Of a stretch of 64,000 bases of DNA, positions 62,525-64,000 are shown piece after piece. This stretch comes from an uncultured Verrucomicrobiae bacterium (GTDB taxonomy: Bacteria > Acidobacteriota > Terriglobia > Terriglobales > Acidobacteriaceae). The stretch lies in assembly GCA_963795955.1 (NCBI GenBank), contig CAWCJK010000010.1:37367-101366 (forward strand), given 5' to 3'. The notes below the pieces were generated by a model that had not been told where the DNA came from, made no database searches, and saw only the letters and a program-made list of their open reading frames with translations. How positions within the stretch are numbered: the first letter of the stretch is position 1; every line of letters starts with the position of its first letter. Both the position numbers and the translations under genes were made by a program.

Positions 62525-62677
62525 CTACTTCGACGGCTCCTGCGGCGGTGAATTTGGTGACGGCTCCTGCGGCACCGAAGCCTTGTAGCCGGAGTCCGCG
62601 TTCTCCGCCTTCCCTTTTATCTGGTCAGCTTTGCCTTCCGACTCCAATTTCTCAGTTAGCACTCGCTTGGTGCTCAT
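62525..62677 (-). CDS. CsbD-like small stress protein with a Pro-rich repeat tail.
   Basis: 'MSTKRVLTEKLESEGKADQIKGKAENADSGYKAS' resembles the CsbD family (KGKxxE...EGKADQxKG). The tail 'PQEPSPNSPPQEPSK' is encoded by the 15-nt direct repeat GACGGCTCCTGCGGC x2. Confidence 0.4.
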   Translation of the reverse strand: MSTKRVLTEKLESEGKADQIKGKAENADSGYKASVPQEPSPNSPPQEPSK

Positions 62678-62774
62678 CTCTGTCCGCCTCCTTTGGCGGG
62701 CCATCAGCCTACCACTCTGGGCGGGCACTCCTCACTCTGGATCACCGGCACCCTCCCCGCGTCATAATGAATCC

Positions 62775-63083
62775 ATGAAGATCCACATCCCCACACCGCT
62801 GCGCGCCTACGCCGGCCAGCAGGAGACCGTCATCGTCACCGGCACCACCGTCGCGGCCGGGCTCCAGGGCCTCATCGACGCCTACCCCGCCCTCAAGCAC
62901 CACCTCTTCACCCCTGACGGCAAGCTCCGCTCCTTCGTCAACGTCTACGTCGGCGACGAAGACATGCGCTACCTCCCCGAGGGCGAAAACACCGGCGTCC
63001 CCGACGCCGCCGAGATCACCATCATCCCCTCGATCGCCGGCGGCGCGCCCGCACCCTCCAGCGCACTGGGCTGTTGCCGCTAA
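62775..63083 (+). CDS. MoaD/ThiS-family sulfur-carrier protein with a 12-residue C-terminal extension after the Gly-Gly (a CysO/QbsE-like pro-protein).
   Basis: 'MKIHIPTPLRAYAGQQETVIVTGTTVAAGLQGLIDAYPALKHHLFTPDGKLRSFVNVYVGDEDMRYLPEGENTGVPDAAEITIIPSIAGG' is a beta-grasp MoaD/ThiS fold ending in GG, followed by 'APAPSSALGCCR' and the stop. Confidence 0.7.
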   Translation: MKIHIPTPLRAYAGQQETVIVTGTTVAAGLQGLIDAYPALKHHLFTPDGKLRSFVNVYVGDEDMRYLPEGENTGVPDAAEITIIPSIAGGAPAPSSALGCCR

Positions 63084-63150
63084 CTGCAGCGCAAGCTTAC
63101 AATTCCGCGTTGTTCCGCCGCACGAGCCGCCGTACAGCACGGAGACGCTC

Positions 63151-63678
63151 ATGTTCCTGAAGGGTCTGTTCGCGTTCGCGTTCCTCACCGGCACTGCGGC
63201 CTACGCCGCGACAGGCCTCCCCGATGCCTGCGGCAGCCAAAACGTGAAGTTCGATGTGAGCACCGACAAGCCACTGCAGTCTGCGGCGACTCCGGAGACC
63301 GGCAAGGCGCAGATTGTCTTCATCGAGAGTCTCCACAAAAACTCGAACGTGCTCATCTATCCAACCATTCGCTTCGGCCTTGATGGCTCCTGGGCCGGTG
63401 CCGTAAAGGGCAGCTCCTACTTCGCCATCTCGGTGCCTCCCGGCGAGCATCACCTCTGTGCCGCATGGCAATCGCACTTCAAGTCCTTTCGCGATCAACC
63501 AGGAGCGATGCCCCTCACCGTGGAACCCGGCAAAATCTACTTCGTCGACTACAGCGTGAACTTCATCCCGACGGATGGCGGCGCACAGCCGGTGATCTCG
63601 TTCGCGCAGATCAATGACGACCAGGCAAAGTTCCTCCTCAAGAGCTATCCGCTCGCCACCTGGACGACAAAGCCCTAG
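63151..63678 (+). CDS. Hypothetical secreted protein (DUF2846-like).
   Basis: Signal peptide 'MFLKGLFAFAFLTGTAAYAA'. 'GKAQIVFIESLHKNSNVLIYPTIRFGLDGSWAGAVKG' resembles DUF2846 lipoproteins. Confidence 0.45.
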   Translation: MFLKGLFAFAFLTGTAAYAATGLPDACGSQNVKFDVSTDKPLQSAATPETGKAQIVFIESLHKNSNVLIYPTIRFGLDGSWAGAVKGSSYFAISVPPGEHHLCAAWQSHFKSFRDQPGAMPLTVEPGKIYFVDYSVNFIPTDGGAQPVISFAQINDDQAKFLLKSYPLATWTTKP

Positions 63679-64000
63679 CCGAACACGCATTCTTGTCCGC
63701 GCACCTTCATCGACTACGGCGCGCAGGACAACTTCTCGCACATCCCCCTCGGCGCCCACGAGACCGCCGCGCGTCTCTCCCAGGCCGGTGTCTCCTACAC
63801 CCTCGAGGTCTATAAGGGAAACCACGGCAACCACATCAGAAACCGCATCGGGGACCGTCTGCTGCGCTGGATCTCCGCCCACATCGCCCACGAAACCGCC
63901 CCGCCGTCCCCGCCCCGCCGTCGCCCTCGTAAACTCAACGAAGCGCCGCGCACGGCCTCCGCCGAAACTTTGCTGGCGCCAAAGCATCTGCAACTGGGAC
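63679..64000 (+). pseudogene. C-terminal fragment of an esterase/alpha-beta hydrolase with no start codon. It is in the same frame immediately after the stop of the upstream gene and runs off the window.
   Basis: 'TFIDYGAQDNFSHIPLGAHETAARLSQAGVSYTLEVYKGNHGNHIRN...' looks like the C-terminal part of a carbohydrate-esterase/serine-hydrolase fold. There is no ATG/GTG/TTG between the TAG at 63676-63678 and this segment. Confidence 0.3.

Overview
This is a high-GC (~65-70%) bacterial chromosomal segment, with no plasmid or phage hallmarks. It looks most like Acidobacteria, because it carries a PEP-CTERM protein, a 'VWFA-related acidobacterial' type protein, a collagen-like/CBM repeat protein and many secreted hypotheticals. 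I count about 70 protein-coding genes and 5 tRNAs. Recognisable housekeeping genes: RNase II-family exoribonuclease, deoxyhypusine-synthase-like gene, pncB, rsmA, ruvC, amiC-like amidase, GerMN protein, murI, fabI, pepA, the tufB-type locus (tRNA-Thr/Tyr/Thr/Gly, tuf, rpmG, tRNA-Trp, secE, nusG, rplK), thiL, rsmD, rsmI and an Mtb-type cysM. More accessory content: a phosphorelay (hybrid HK-REC-REC, CheY-like REC, Hpt), a GH9 cellulase, a cytochrome P450, a DinB protein, an amidohydrolase, an ABC-F ATPase, an XRE-NfeD-flotillin-PspA membrane-stress cluster, a DUF3037/HipA-like pair and a four-gene operon of unknown secreted proteins. About 25 conserved genes are split by +/-1 frameshifts. At least the ones I resolved sit in C/G homopolymer runs, which points to sequencing/assembly indels rather than true pseudogenes, although such loci are conventionally flagged 'pseudo'. 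The most interesting candidates are a MoaD/ThiS-like sulfur carrier with a 12-residue extension after its Gly-Gly, sitting 5 kb from an Mtb-type CysM plus JAMM (Mec+) protease pair, a tandem palindromic repeat array between cysM and the JAMM gene, the collagen/CBM5-12 modular protein, and the uncharacterised secreted four-gene operon.
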